Below are positions 9,805-18,384 of a stretch of DNA of 64,000 bases, piece by piece. Within the stretch, counting starts at the first letter, position 1, and every line of letters begins with the position of its first letter. Both the position numbers and the translations under genes were made by a program. This DNA comes from Desulfuromonadales bacterium (GTDB lineage Bacteria > Desulfobacterota > Desulfuromonadia > Desulfuromonadales > SZUA-540): contig JAWSUS010000010.1 in the NCBI GenBank assembly GCA_033549025.1, positions 28,892 to 92,891 of the forward strand. Reading direction: 5' to 3'. Below the pieces are notes generated by a model. That model worked only from the letters and a program-made list of their open reading frames with translations, was not told the DNA's origin and searched no databases.

Positions 9805-9834
9805 ATGTTAACCAACGCGCCTGCTTTTTGTCAA
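9805..9834 (-). promoter_or_regulatory. Putative sigma70 promoter for riboswitch-htpX
   Basis: TTGACA-N18-TAACAT, placing the TSS near 9798, just before the aptamer. Confidence 0.6.
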
Positions 9835-9893
9835 CAGGAATCAAATGACTGGACCGGCACGGGGGGCTCCCGCGCCGGTCCGGTGCAGGTTCA

Positions 9894-11063
9894 TTAGAAG
9901 TTTATATCCTGTACAGTATCAGCCTCGGTGGTGATGGTGACATTTTCAATAATCTGAGGATCGCCAACCAGTTGGGATTCCTCATCGAGCACGGAGGCGA
10001 CCAGTTGGTAAGTGCCGACGGGCAGCTCAAGGGAATAGAGACCATCTTCAAGTTGGATGCTGGCCAGTTCCACCATGCCGCTGCAGTCAGCCGGCGCCGC
10101 CTGCCGGACACTGAGTACGACATGCTGTCCCTCTACCGGGGCGGCGACCGTCACCGTGCCGGACAGGGTGTTGAAATCGGCAGACTCCAGGAAAAAGTTC
10201 TGTCCGGAAAGACGCTGGTCGGCATTCAGACTGATTTCCAGACAGGCCGGGGCATAGCCTTGACCGTCCATCGGGGCGCGGAAAGCGAGCAGTTGGTAAT
10301 TGCCGGGGGTCAGGAAAAGAGCATACCCCCCATCGTCAGCACTCAAAGTCGCAGCCTGAGTTTCGGCGGAAGCGGGGCGGTGAGCACTGACTCGGGTGTT
10401 GGGCAAGGGTGGCAAGGGCTCTTCCGTCCCGTCCTCGAAGACATGTCCCTGCACCATCGCGGCGCTGGCGACGACCTTGATGGTCGGCTTGAGCAGGTAC
10501 TTGTAATTATCCTTGCTGAGATTGCCGGCCACGACTACGGAACGGGCCGCATCGAAGTCGAGGATCAGCTCGGTGGTCTCATTGGAGGCGATGGTAAATC
10601 CGTTGACCAGTTTGATGCCGCTCTGCATACCGCTAGGCGTTTTCAGTTCATGACTTACATCGTCCAGAGTAATGACGTAGTTGCCGTATTCGTGCTCCTT
10701 ATCCAAAAGGTTCAGCCCGTCATCAGGTGTTTCCGACAGGATCAGGCGCATCTGGGTGTAGTTGCCGGGGGCCAACTCCTCTTCTCCCAGCGTTTCCTGC
10801 ACGCCGTTGACCAGTTCCAGCAGGTTGTAGGTTTTCTGGGGGGTGGCCACGGTCGTCCAGTCTCCGCCCTCGGAATGAACATCGACCCGGTCAATAGTGA
10901 CATAAATGGCCTTGAAGTCCGGGGTGGTGGCATCGACCATCTGCAGCGACAGGGTACCAGGCTCCGCGCTGCCGCTCGAACTGGAGCCGCCGCAGGCGGC
11001 CAGCATCAGCAGGCCGATGGACAGGAACATACCGAGAAACAGCTTCACATTATTCATTTTCAT
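9894..11063 (-). CDS. Lipoprotein, probable DUF4382 domain plus C-terminal beta-rich domains
   Basis: Lipobox LAAC-GG and Ser linker; YTQMRLIL, LKTPSG and LDFDAARSVV motifs resemble DUF4382. Confidence 0.75.
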   Translation of the reverse strand: MKMNNVKLFLGMFLSIGLLMLAACGGSSSSGSAEPGTLSLQMVDATTPDFKAIYVTIDRVDVHSEGGDWTTVATPQKTYNLLELVNGVQETLGEEELAPGNYTQMRLILSETPDDGLNLLDKEHEYGNYVITLDDVSHELKTPSGMQSGIKLVNGFTIASNETTELILDFDAARSVVVAGNLSKDNYKYLLKPTIKVVASAAMVQGHVFEDGTEEPLPPLPNTRVSAHRPASAETQAATLSADDGGYALFLTPGNYQLLAFRAPMDGQGYAPACLEISLNADQRLSGQNFFLESADFNTLSGTVTVAAPVEGQHVVLSVRQAAPADCSGMVELASIQLEDGLYSLELPVGTYQLVASVLDEESQLVGDPQIIENVTITTEADTVQDINF

Positions 11064-11214
11064 GTTCTCCTCCTTTGGGGTTAAAGTGACGTGCCTGAAA
11101 GGACTTTATCAATTTATAAGGGAAAATCAAGTCCGGTCGACCGTCGGTTCGTCCCGATTTGCCATAAGGCGCCGTCTTGATTAAAGTTAAGAGAATGTTG
11201 AAAGGAGAGCGACC

Positions 11215-11469
11215 ATGGATGTTTTTCAACGCCTGACCAAGGTGGTGCGCAAACAGCATGAAGAGGGTGAGTTGCCCGATTTTATTGTTCCACTGCTCAT
11301 GAAGGTGGCGCAGCATCCGCAAGATTTCGCCGGCCGTGAGGAGTTGGTGGCCAAACTGGTGGAACGGGTGGATCAATACGAGACCTACTCGGAGATGTGC
11401 TGTGAAAAGATAGGTTTCGGCCTGGAGGATATCCACCGGACGCTTGATGAGCTGCGGGTGCGCTACTGA
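11215..11469 (+). CDS. Hypothetical 84-aa protein
   Basis: RBS AAAGGAG, coding-like codon usage; no family recognised. Confidence 0.65.
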   Translation: MDVFQRLTKVVRKQHEEGELPDFIVPLLMKVAQHPQDFAGREELVAKLVERVDQYETYSEMCCEKIGFGLEDIHRTLDELRVRY

Positions 11470-11488
11470 TATCCCCCGGGCGGCCGAT

Positions 11489-11517
11489 TTGACCCTCTCG
11501 CCTGATTATGTTACCTT
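11489..11517 (+). promoter_or_regulatory. Putative sigma70 promoter ~400 nt upstream of the kamA-like gene
   Basis: TTGACC-N17-TACCTT with an extended -10 TG. Confidence 0.55.
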
Positions 11518-11915
11518 GTTGACTCTGTGGCGGCGCCGTTCCCCGGCGTTCCGACCCTAGACCCGCTCTTGAGGTGGACCGTACAGGCCCGTTCTGTACG
11601 GAACGAACCCTCTCTCTCTGGGGCAGCACTGGCTTGAAGCGTTCCGTTTCAAGACCGGGTGCGGGTGGCCCCATCCTTCGTCAGAAATAATCTTCTTTAC
11701 GCGTGTTGCGCGCGACCTGTCTCTGTGCCGACCATCCTGTGGCGATGGTCGGTTCCTCTTGTCCGAAGCCTCCTGTTGATCCGGCTGGTTTTTCGGATTC
11801 TCCCTTTCCGTCATGGTTGCAGTCGCGCCGGCACGAGCTATTCATCTGCCGGATGGCCCCTGCAGGCTTGTTTTTACCTGAGACCGTGGCCATCCCGACA
11901 ACAGGAAAGGACGCT

Positions 11916-13025
11916 ATGAAGAACCAGGCCATGAAACAGCAAGAGGACGAAGTGAGCAACTGGCAGGACCAGATGAAGAATTTCGTCAATACCATCGACC
12001 GGGTGAAAGAATATGTGAATCTCACCCCTGAAGAAGAAGAGGTGCTGCGCAACAATAAAACAGTCTGGGGAGCGACGCCCCATTACGCTTCGTTGATGGA
12101 TCGAGACGATCCCGCTTGCCCGATCCGCCGCCAGATCATCCCCTCCCGGCAGGAGCAGGAAAACCGCTTCGGCATGGACGACTACCTGATGTGGAAGGAG
12201 AATCGCGCCACCGACGAGGTGCGCCCCGACAGCATTGCCCGCCAGTACAAGAACCGCGTCGCCTTTACCGTCACCCAGACCTGCGGCATCTACTGCCGGC
12301 ACTGCTTCCGTAAAGAGCTGGTGGTGGACGGCAGCCTCTCCCTGGACTTCAATGTCGACGAAGGGCTGCAATGGATCGCCGAGCACCCTGAGGTGCGCGA
12401 CGTGCTCATCACCGGCGGCGACCCCTTTTTGCTCTCCGACGAGCAGATCGATTACCTCATCCGCAAGCTCCGCGAGCTGCCCCATGTCGAGATGATCCGT
12501 TTCGGTACGCGCACGCCCATCGTACTGCCGCAGCGCATCACCCCTTCGCTCATGAAGGTGCTCGGCGGCTTCCACAAGGTGCCCATCTGGATCAACACCC
12601 AGTGCAACCACCCCCGGGAGCTCACCGAAGAGACGGCGCGGGCTGTCTACAACCTGCTGAGCTGCGGCGTCAACGTGGGCAACCAGGCCGTGCTGCTCAA
12701 AGGAATCAACGACGATGTGGAGACCTTCCGCGAGCTGCATGAGAAGCTGCTGGCCACCCGCATCCGCCCCTACTACGTCTTTTACTGCGAGGCGGCGCCG
12801 GGCATCGACCACTTCCGCACTCCGGTGGAGAAGGGCTCGCAACTGATTCGGGACGCTCTGCGCGGCCACACCACCGGTCTGGCTCAGCCGATGCACGTCA
12901 TCGCCACCAATATCGGCAAGATTCCCCTGATGCCCGATTATTACATCCAGGGGAAAAACGACAAAGAATACACCCTGAGGAACCACAAGGGGGAGACGAC
13001 GACGATTCCCAATGTGCCCGAGTAA
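11916..13025 (+). CDS. KamA-family radical SAM/PLP 2,3-aminomutase-like protein
   Basis: CGIYCRHCFRK (CX3CX2C), VLITGGDP, RFGTRTP, NHPRE, NQAVLLKGIND, RPYY, GKIPLMP (PLP lysine); RBS AGGAAAGGA before ATG11916. Confidence 0.9.
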   Translation: MKNQAMKQQEDEVSNWQDQMKNFVNTIDRVKEYVNLTPEEEEVLRNNKTVWGATPHYASLMDRDDPACPIRRQIIPSRQEQENRFGMDDYLMWKENRATDEVRPDSIARQYKNRVAFTVTQTCGIYCRHCFRKELVVDGSLSLDFNVDEGLQWIAEHPEVRDVLITGGDPFLLSDEQIDYLIRKLRELPHVEMIRFGTRTPIVLPQRITPSLMKVLGGFHKVPIWINTQCNHPRELTEETARAVYNLLSCGVNVGNQAVLLKGINDDVETFRELHEKLLATRIRPYYVFYCEAAPGIDHFRTPVEKGSQLIRDALRGHTTGLAQPMHVIATNIGKIPLMPDYYIQGKNDKEYTLRNHKGETTTIPNVPE

Positions 13026-13065
13026 ACGCGGGCGCTTTTAATCGTACATGAAAGGAGAGTTGCTT

Positions 13066-13263
13066 TTGGAAATCAAGGTCATTGACGGCAATCTGGTCAA
13101 AGCCATGAAAGTCATGAAGCGCAAACTTCAGCAGGAAGGCTTGTTTCGCGACATGAAGGCGCGGCGCTTTTATGAGAAACCCAGCGTCAAGCGCAAGCGC
13201 AAGCAGAAGGAAGCCCTGCGGCGCGAGCGCAAGCGCCTGAGCAAGCTGAAACGTTTTTATTGA
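13066..13263 (+). CDS. rpsU: 30S ribosomal protein bS21
   Basis: KRKLQQEG...RRFYEKPSVKRKRK motif; likely TTG13066 start after AAAGGAG (the track starts at ATG13048). Confidence 0.9.
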   Translation: MEIKVIDGNLVKAMKVMKRKLQQEGLFRDMKARRFYEKPSVKRKRKQKEALRRERKRLSKLKRFY

Positions 13264-13276
13264 ATCCGCACCCCCC

Positions 13277-13310
13277 AGGGAGCGCCGTTAGCCGCGGCGC
13301 TCCCTTTTTT
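13277..13310 (+). terminator. Intrinsic terminator after rpsU
   Basis: AGGGAGCGCCG/CGGCGCTCCCT stem followed by a T-run. Confidence 0.85.
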
Positions 13311-13401
13311 GTGCCCGGCTAGTTGGCGGCCTGTCTGCTTTGGGTTAGAATGGGTGCAGGTTTTTACGGCAGTGAATCCTATTCCCCGGCAGGAGATTTC
13401 C

Positions 13402-14265
13402 ATGGGTTATGTCTATCTCAATGGCCGCTTTGTAGAAAGTGAACAGGCTATGGTTTCCGTCTTCGACCAGGGTTTCCTCTACGGTGACGGCATCTTCGAG
13501 AGCTTCCGTTCCGTCGGCGACCGGCTCTACCAGTTTGCCCAGCACTACCAGCGTCTGTTGCAATCGGCCGAGGCCCTCTGCTATCCGCTGACCTTCACCC
13601 AGGCGGAGCTGGAGGACATCCTGCTGGAACTGCGCCGTCGAAATGGACTGAGGGATGCCTATTACCGTATCACCATCACCCGCGGCAAGGGGCAGATCGG
13701 CTTTCAGCGCGACATGAACAACGACTTGACCTGTCTGGTGGTGGGGACGGAATTCAAGGGCTTCGACCCTGTCCACTATCGGCAGGGCATCCCCCTGCGG
13801 GTGGCCCAAACCCGCCGCAACGCCCCCGAGGCCATCAGCCCTAAAATCAAGTCCATCAGCAACCTCAACAGCCTGCTCGGCAAGCTGGAGGCCCGGGCCG
13901 CCGGGGCCTTTGAGGTCATCATGCTCAACAATCGCGGCCATATCTGCGAAGGCGCTTCCTCGAACATCTTCTGGGCCAAGGACGACTGGATATTCACCCC
14001 GGATGTCTCCACCGGCCTGCTCGAGGGGGTGACCCGCGCAACCATTATCCGCCTGTGCGAAGAGGTGCTCAACCTGCGGGTGATTACCGGCGAATTTCGG
14101 CTGCAGGATCTGAAGTTCTCCGACGAGGTGTTCATCACCTCCACCTCTCTGGAGGTCATGCCGGTGGTGCGGGTCGACGACTTCACCATCAAGCAGGGTC
14201 TCGCCGGGCCTGTCGCCCACCGCCTGCGGCAGGAGCTGCACCGGGATATGGGCAAGCAGAGCTGA
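13402..14265 (+). CDS. Class IV PLP aminotransferase (IlvE/PabC/D-AAT family)
   Basis: GFLYGDGIFE, IKS, EGASSNIF, LLEGVTR, DEVFITST; own promoter-like TTGGCG-N17-TAGAAT at 13323-13351. Confidence 0.88.
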   Translation: MGYVYLNGRFVESEQAMVSVFDQGFLYGDGIFESFRSVGDRLYQFAQHYQRLLQSAEALCYPLTFTQAELEDILLELRRRNGLRDAYYRITITRGKGQIGFQRDMNNDLTCLVVGTEFKGFDPVHYRQGIPLRVAQTRRNAPEAISPKIKSISNLNSLLGKLEARAAGAFEVIMLNNRGHICEGASSNIFWAKDDWIFTPDVSTGLLEGVTRATIIRLCEEVLNLRVITGEFRLQDLKFSDEVFITSTSLEVMPVVRVDDFTIKQGLAGPVAHRLRQELHRDMGKQS

Positions 14266-14391
14266 CCTTCTCCCGATTTTTCACGCAATCGAGCGTTTTT
14301 TTCTGTCGATGCGATTGCGTCCGAGGCTAAATTCTGCCATATTACCGGGTTAAATCCGTCAACGATGATGAAATGATTTCAGGAGATTCCG

Positions 14392-17300
14392 ATGCCCCAA
14401 CGCGACGATGTGAAGAAAGTTCTGATTATCGGTTCCGGCCCGATCGTGATCGGTCAGGCCTGTGAGTTCGATTATTCCGGCACCCAGGCCTGCAAGGCCC
14501 TGCGCAAGCTCGGTTACCGGATCGTGCTGGTCAATTCCAATCCAGCCACTATCATGACCGACCCGGGCATGGCCGATGCCACCTATATCGAGCCGCTCAA
14601 CGTCGAGCGTCTGACCGAAATCATTGAAAAAGAGCGTCCCGACGCCTTGCTTCCCAACCTGGGCGGTCAGACTGCCCTCAATCTTTCCAGCGAGCTGGCG
14701 CGGCGCGGCATTCTCGACCAGTACGGAGTGCGGGTCATCGGCGTCAATCTGGATGCCATCAAGCGCGGCGAGGATCGGGAGACCTTCAAGGAGACCATGG
14801 CTGGTCTGGGGATCGAGACTCCGCGCAGCGAGATCGCCACCACCCTGGAGCAAGCCCAGGAGATCGTCGGCCGCATCGGCCTGCCGGTGGTCATTCGTCC
14901 CGCCTACACTATGGGCGGCACCGGCGGTGGCTTCGCCTACAATCTGGAGGAGTTCGAGACCATCGTCAGCCGCGGTCTGGCCGCCAGTCCGGTGAGCCAG
15001 GTCCTCATCGAGGAATCGATTCTCGGCTGGGAGGAACTGGAGCTTGAGGTGGTGCGCGATGCCAAGAACCAGAAGATCACCGTCTGCTTCATCGAGAACG
15101 TCGATGCCGTCGGCGTGCACACCGGCGACTCCTTCTGCACTGCCCCCATGCTGACCATCGACGCCGACCTGCAGGCGCGTCTGCAGGACTACGCCTACCG
15201 CATTGTCGACGCCATCGAGGTCATCGGCGGCACCAACGTGCAGTTCGCCTACGATCCCAAGAGCGGTCGCGTGGTGGTCATCGAGATCAATCCCCGCACC
15301 TCGCGTTCGTCGGCGCTGGCCTCCAAGGCCACCGGCTTTCCCATCGCCCTGGTCTCGGCCCAGCTGGCCGCCGGGCTCACGCTTGACGAGATCCCCTACT
15401 GGCGCGACGGCACCCTGGAAAAATACACGCCTTCCGGAGACTACGTGGTGGTCAAGTTCGCCCGCTGGGCCTTTGAAAAATTCAAGGGTGTGCATGACAA
15501 GCTCGGCACCCAGATGCGCGCCGTCGGCGAGGTCATGAGCATTGGCAAGAACTACAAGGAGGCTCTGCACAAGGCGATCCGTTCCCTTGAGAACGGCCGC
15601 TACGGCCTCGGCTTCGCCAAGAATTTCCATCAGAAATCCCTCGACGAGCTGCTGGAGCTGCTGGCCGAACCTTCCAGCGAGCGCCAGTTCATCCTCTACG
15701 AAGCCCTGCGCAAGGGCGCCGACATCGACATGCTCTACGGCAAGACTTTCATCAAACCCTGGTTCCTGCAGCAGATGAAGGAGCTGGTGGTGCTGGAGGA
15801 GGAAATCCTGCAGCACAAGGGGAGCCTGCCGCCTGACGCCCTGCTGATTCAGGCCAAGAAGGATGGCTTCGCCGACCGCTACCTGGCGCAGATCCTCGGA
15901 GTACGCGAGCAGGCGATCCGCGAGAAGCGCATCGCTCTCGGCATGGTCGAAGCCTGGGAGGCCGTGCCCGTCAGTGGCGTTGAAAACGCCGCCTACTATT
16001 ATTCTTCCTACAATGCCCCCGACTCCGTAGCTGTCTCCGACCGCAAGAAGATCATGGTGCTGGGCGGCGGCCCCAACCGCATCGGCCAGGGGATCGAGTT
16101 CGACTACTGCTGCGTGCATACGGCCCTGGCCCTGCGCGAGGCGGGGTATGAGACCATCATGGTCAACTGCAATCCCGAGACGGTCTCCACCGACTACGAC
16201 ACTTCGGACAAGCTCTACTTTGAACCGTTGACCGTCGAGGACGTGCTCTCCATCTACGAGAAGGAGAAGCCCGAAGGGGTGGTGGTGCAGTTCGGCGGTC
16301 AGACGCCGCTGAATATCGCCCGCGAGCTTGAAGCGGCGGGAGTGCCCATCCTCGGCACCAGCCCCGAGACCATCGACCAGGCCGAGGACCGCGACCTCTT
16401 CAACCAGACCATGATCAAGCTCGGCATTCCCCAGCCCGAATCGGGCATGGCCGCCACCGAAGAGCAGGCGGTGCAGATTGCCGCCCGCATCGGCTATCCC
16501 CTCATCGTGCGCCCCTCCTTCGTCCTCGGGGGCCGGGCCATGGAGGTGGTCCATGACGAGGGGATGCTGCGCGAGTATCTGCAGAAAGCCGTGGAGATTT
16601 CCCCCGAGCGCCCCATTCTCATCGACCGCTTCCTGCAGAACGCCATCGAGGCCGAAGCCGACGCCATCGCTGACGGCAAGGATGCCTTCGTGCCGGCGGT
16701 CATGGAGCACATCGAGCTGGCCGGCGTCCATTCCGGCGATTCGGCCTGCGTCATTCCGCCGGTCTCCATCCCGGCCAAACACATCGCCACCATCGAAGAA
16801 TACACCCGGCGCATCGCCGTGGAGATGGGGGTGGTCGGGCTGATGAACATCCAGTACGCCATCGCCGACGACAAGGTGTACATTCTGGAAGCCAACCCCC
16901 GCGCCAGCCGCACCGTGCCCCTGGTCTCCAAGGTCTGCAATATCCCCATGCCGCGCATCGCCGTGGCCGCCATGCTGGGCAAAAAGCTCGCCGAGCAGGG
17001 CCTCGACCGGCAGAAGTTCGCTCATTTCGGCGTTAAGGAGGCGGTCTTCCCCTTCAGCATGTTCCCCGAAGTCGATCCTGTGCTGGGGCCGGAGATGCGT
17101 TCCACCGGTGAAGTGCTGGGTCTGGCCGGCAACTACGGCCTCGCCTATTTCAAGGCTCAGGAAGGGGCCAATGCGCCGTTGCCCCTGCAGGGGACGGTGC
17201 TCATCACCGTGGCCGAGCACGACAAGGCCGAGGCTCTCAAGGCGGCGCAACTCTTTGCCGAGCTGGGCTTTGCCATTCGCGCCACCGCCGGGACCCAGGC

Positions 17301-17592
17301 GTTTCTTTCCGCGCAGGGGATTGCGGCAGAGCGGATCAACAAGATGCACGAAGGGCGTCCCAATATTGCCGATGCCATCAAAAACGGCGAGATCCAGTTG
17401 GTGATCAATACCCCTGTCGGCAAACTCAGCGCCCATGACGACTCCTACATCCGCAAGGCCGCCATTCGCTACAAGGTGCCTTACATCACCACCACGGCCG
17501 CGGCCCTGGCCGCCGCCAAGGGGATTGCCGCCTGCCGGCAGGGTCAGGAGACCGTCCGCAGCCTGCAGGAGTACCACGCCGCCTTTCACTAA
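14392..17592 (+). CDS. carB: Carbamoyl-phosphate synthase large subunit
   Basis: 1066 aa; IGSGPIVIGQACEFDYSG, GGGPNRIGQGIEFDY, duplicated ATP-grasp halves, C-terminal MGS domain. Confidence 0.97.
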   Translation: MPQRDDVKKVLIIGSGPIVIGQACEFDYSGTQACKALRKLGYRIVLVNSNPATIMTDPGMADATYIEPLNVERLTEIIEKERPDALLPNLGGQTALNLSSELARRGILDQYGVRVIGVNLDAIKRGEDRETFKETMAGLGIETPRSEIATTLEQAQEIVGRIGLPVVIRPAYTMGGTGGGFAYNLEEFETIVSRGLAASPVSQVLIEESILGWEELELEVVRDAKNQKITVCFIENVDAVGVHTGDSFCTAPMLTIDADLQARLQDYAYRIVDAIEVIGGTNVQFAYDPKSGRVVVIEINPRTSRSSALASKATGFPIALVSAQLAAGLTLDEIPYWRDGTLEKYTPSGDYVVVKFARWAFEKFKGVHDKLGTQMRAVGEVMSIGKNYKEALHKAIRSLENGRYGLGFAKNFHQKSLDELLELLAEPSSERQFILYEALRKGADIDMLYGKTFIKPWFLQQMKELVVLEEEILQHKGSLPPDALLIQAKKDGFADRYLAQILGVREQAIREKRIALGMVEAWEAVPVSGVENAAYYYSSYNAPDSVAVSDRKKIMVLGGGPNRIGQGIEFDYCCVHTALALREAGYETIMVNCNPETVSTDYDTSDKLYFEPLTVEDVLSIYEKEKPEGVVVQFGGQTPLNIARELEAAGVPILGTSPETIDQAEDRDLFNQTMIKLGIPQPESGMAATEEQAVQIAARIGYPLIVRPSFVLGGRAMEVVHDEGMLREYLQKAVEISPERPILIDRFLQNAIEAEADAIADGKDAFVPAVMEHIELAGVHSGDSACVIPPVSIPAKHIATIEEYTRRIAVEMGVVGLMNIQYAIADDKVYILEANPRASRTVPLVSKVCNIPMPRIAVAAMLGKKLAEQGLDRQKFAHFGVKEAVFPFSMFPEVDPVLGPEMRSTGEVLGLAGNYGLAYFKAQEGANAPLPLQGTVLITVAEHDKAEALKAAQLFAELGFAIRATAGTQAFLSAQGIAAERINKMHEGRPNIADAIKNGEIQLVINTPVGKLSAHDDSYIRKAAIRYKVPYITTTAAALAAAKGIAACRQGQETVRSLQEYHAAFH

Positions 17593-17624
17593 AAAGCGGC
17601 CTACACCCATTACTGACTGAAATG

Positions 17625-17666
17625 AAGGCGGGCAGGACTGAAGAAGGTTCTGCCTGCTTTTGTTTT
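17625..17666 (+). terminator. Intrinsic terminator after carB
   Basis: AAGGCGGGCAGGAC/GTTCTGCCTGCTTT stem then TGTTTT. Confidence 0.7.
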
Positions 17667-17779
17667 GGCGGAGTCGTTCGACTTTTACCCGGGGCCATGC
17701 TAAAATTCGCCCGTTTATAACGACTATGATCCCGCCCCGGCGTGCGGCCCGGTTCGGCGGATCCATCGAGGTTACACCT

Positions 17780-18367
17780 ATGTTTCTTCTTGTTTTTCTG
17801 CTGGCGGCCTACCTGATTGGCGCCATTCCCTGCGGCATCGTCCTCACCCGGCTGGTCGGCTCCGAGGATATCCGCCAGGCGGGTAGCGGCAATATCGGCG
17901 CGACCAACGTCTACCGGGTGGCCGGGCGCAAGCTGGGGGTGGCCACCCTGATTCTTGACACCCTCAAAGGGGTACTGCCGGTGGGGGCTGCCCTGGCCGT
18001 TTTCCCCGAATCCCTGGGGGCGGTGGCTCTGGTGGCGGCGGCGACCTTTCTGGGTCACCTCTATCCGGTCTACATCGGTTTTAAAGGGGGCAAGGGGGTG
18101 GCCACGGCGCTGGGGATTTTTCTGGTGCTGTCGCCCAAAAGCGTCCTGGTCGCTCTTGTCGTCTTTGTGGTCCTGGTGTGGAAATGGCGCTACATCTCTC
18201 TCGGCTCCGTCTGCGCCGCCGCGATCTGTCCTTTGCTTGTTTACTATTTTGAGCGCTCGACGCCCCTCTTTCTGGTCACCCTCTTTATCGGCGGCATGGT
18301 CATCCTGCGCCACCGGGCCAATATCGAGCGCCTGATCGCCGGCACCGAAAATCGCTTTCGGGCCTGA
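17780..18367 (+). CDS. plsY: Glycerol-3-phosphate acyltransferase
   Basis: GSGNIGATNVYR, FKGGKGVAT and RHRANI motifs. Confidence 0.95.
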   Translation: MFLLVFLLAAYLIGAIPCGIVLTRLVGSEDIRQAGSGNIGATNVYRVAGRKLGVATLILDTLKGVLPVGAALAVFPESLGAVALVAAATFLGHLYPVYIGFKGGKGVATALGIFLVLSPKSVLVALVVFVVLVWKWRYISLGSVCAAAICPLLVYYFERSTPLFLVTLFIGGMVILRHRANIERLIAGTENRFRA

Positions 18368-18384
18368 TTGAGGTATAGTTCACC

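Noticed and set aside
11520..11700. Lysine, SAM or c-di-GMP riboswitch, or 6S RNA, in the kamA leader
   Set aside because: Their conserved sequence hallmarks were not found by eye on either strand; left as an unassigned structured RNA.
11703..11915. N-terminal extension of the KamA ORF and small ORFs in the leader
   Set aside because: No RBS and not protein-like; the strong RBS is at 11916.
13402..14265. Class IV aminotransferase as part of a kamA operon
   Set aside because: A strong terminator and a separate promoter-like element lie between them; a functional link is possible but unsupported.
14359..17766. 1135-aa minus-strand ORF, and similar long antisense ORFs (7020-8630, 21437-23680, 55697-57451, 60651-62648)
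   Set aside because: They mirror well-supported genes on the opposite strand and have no recognisable motifs; expected shadows of high-GC codon bias.
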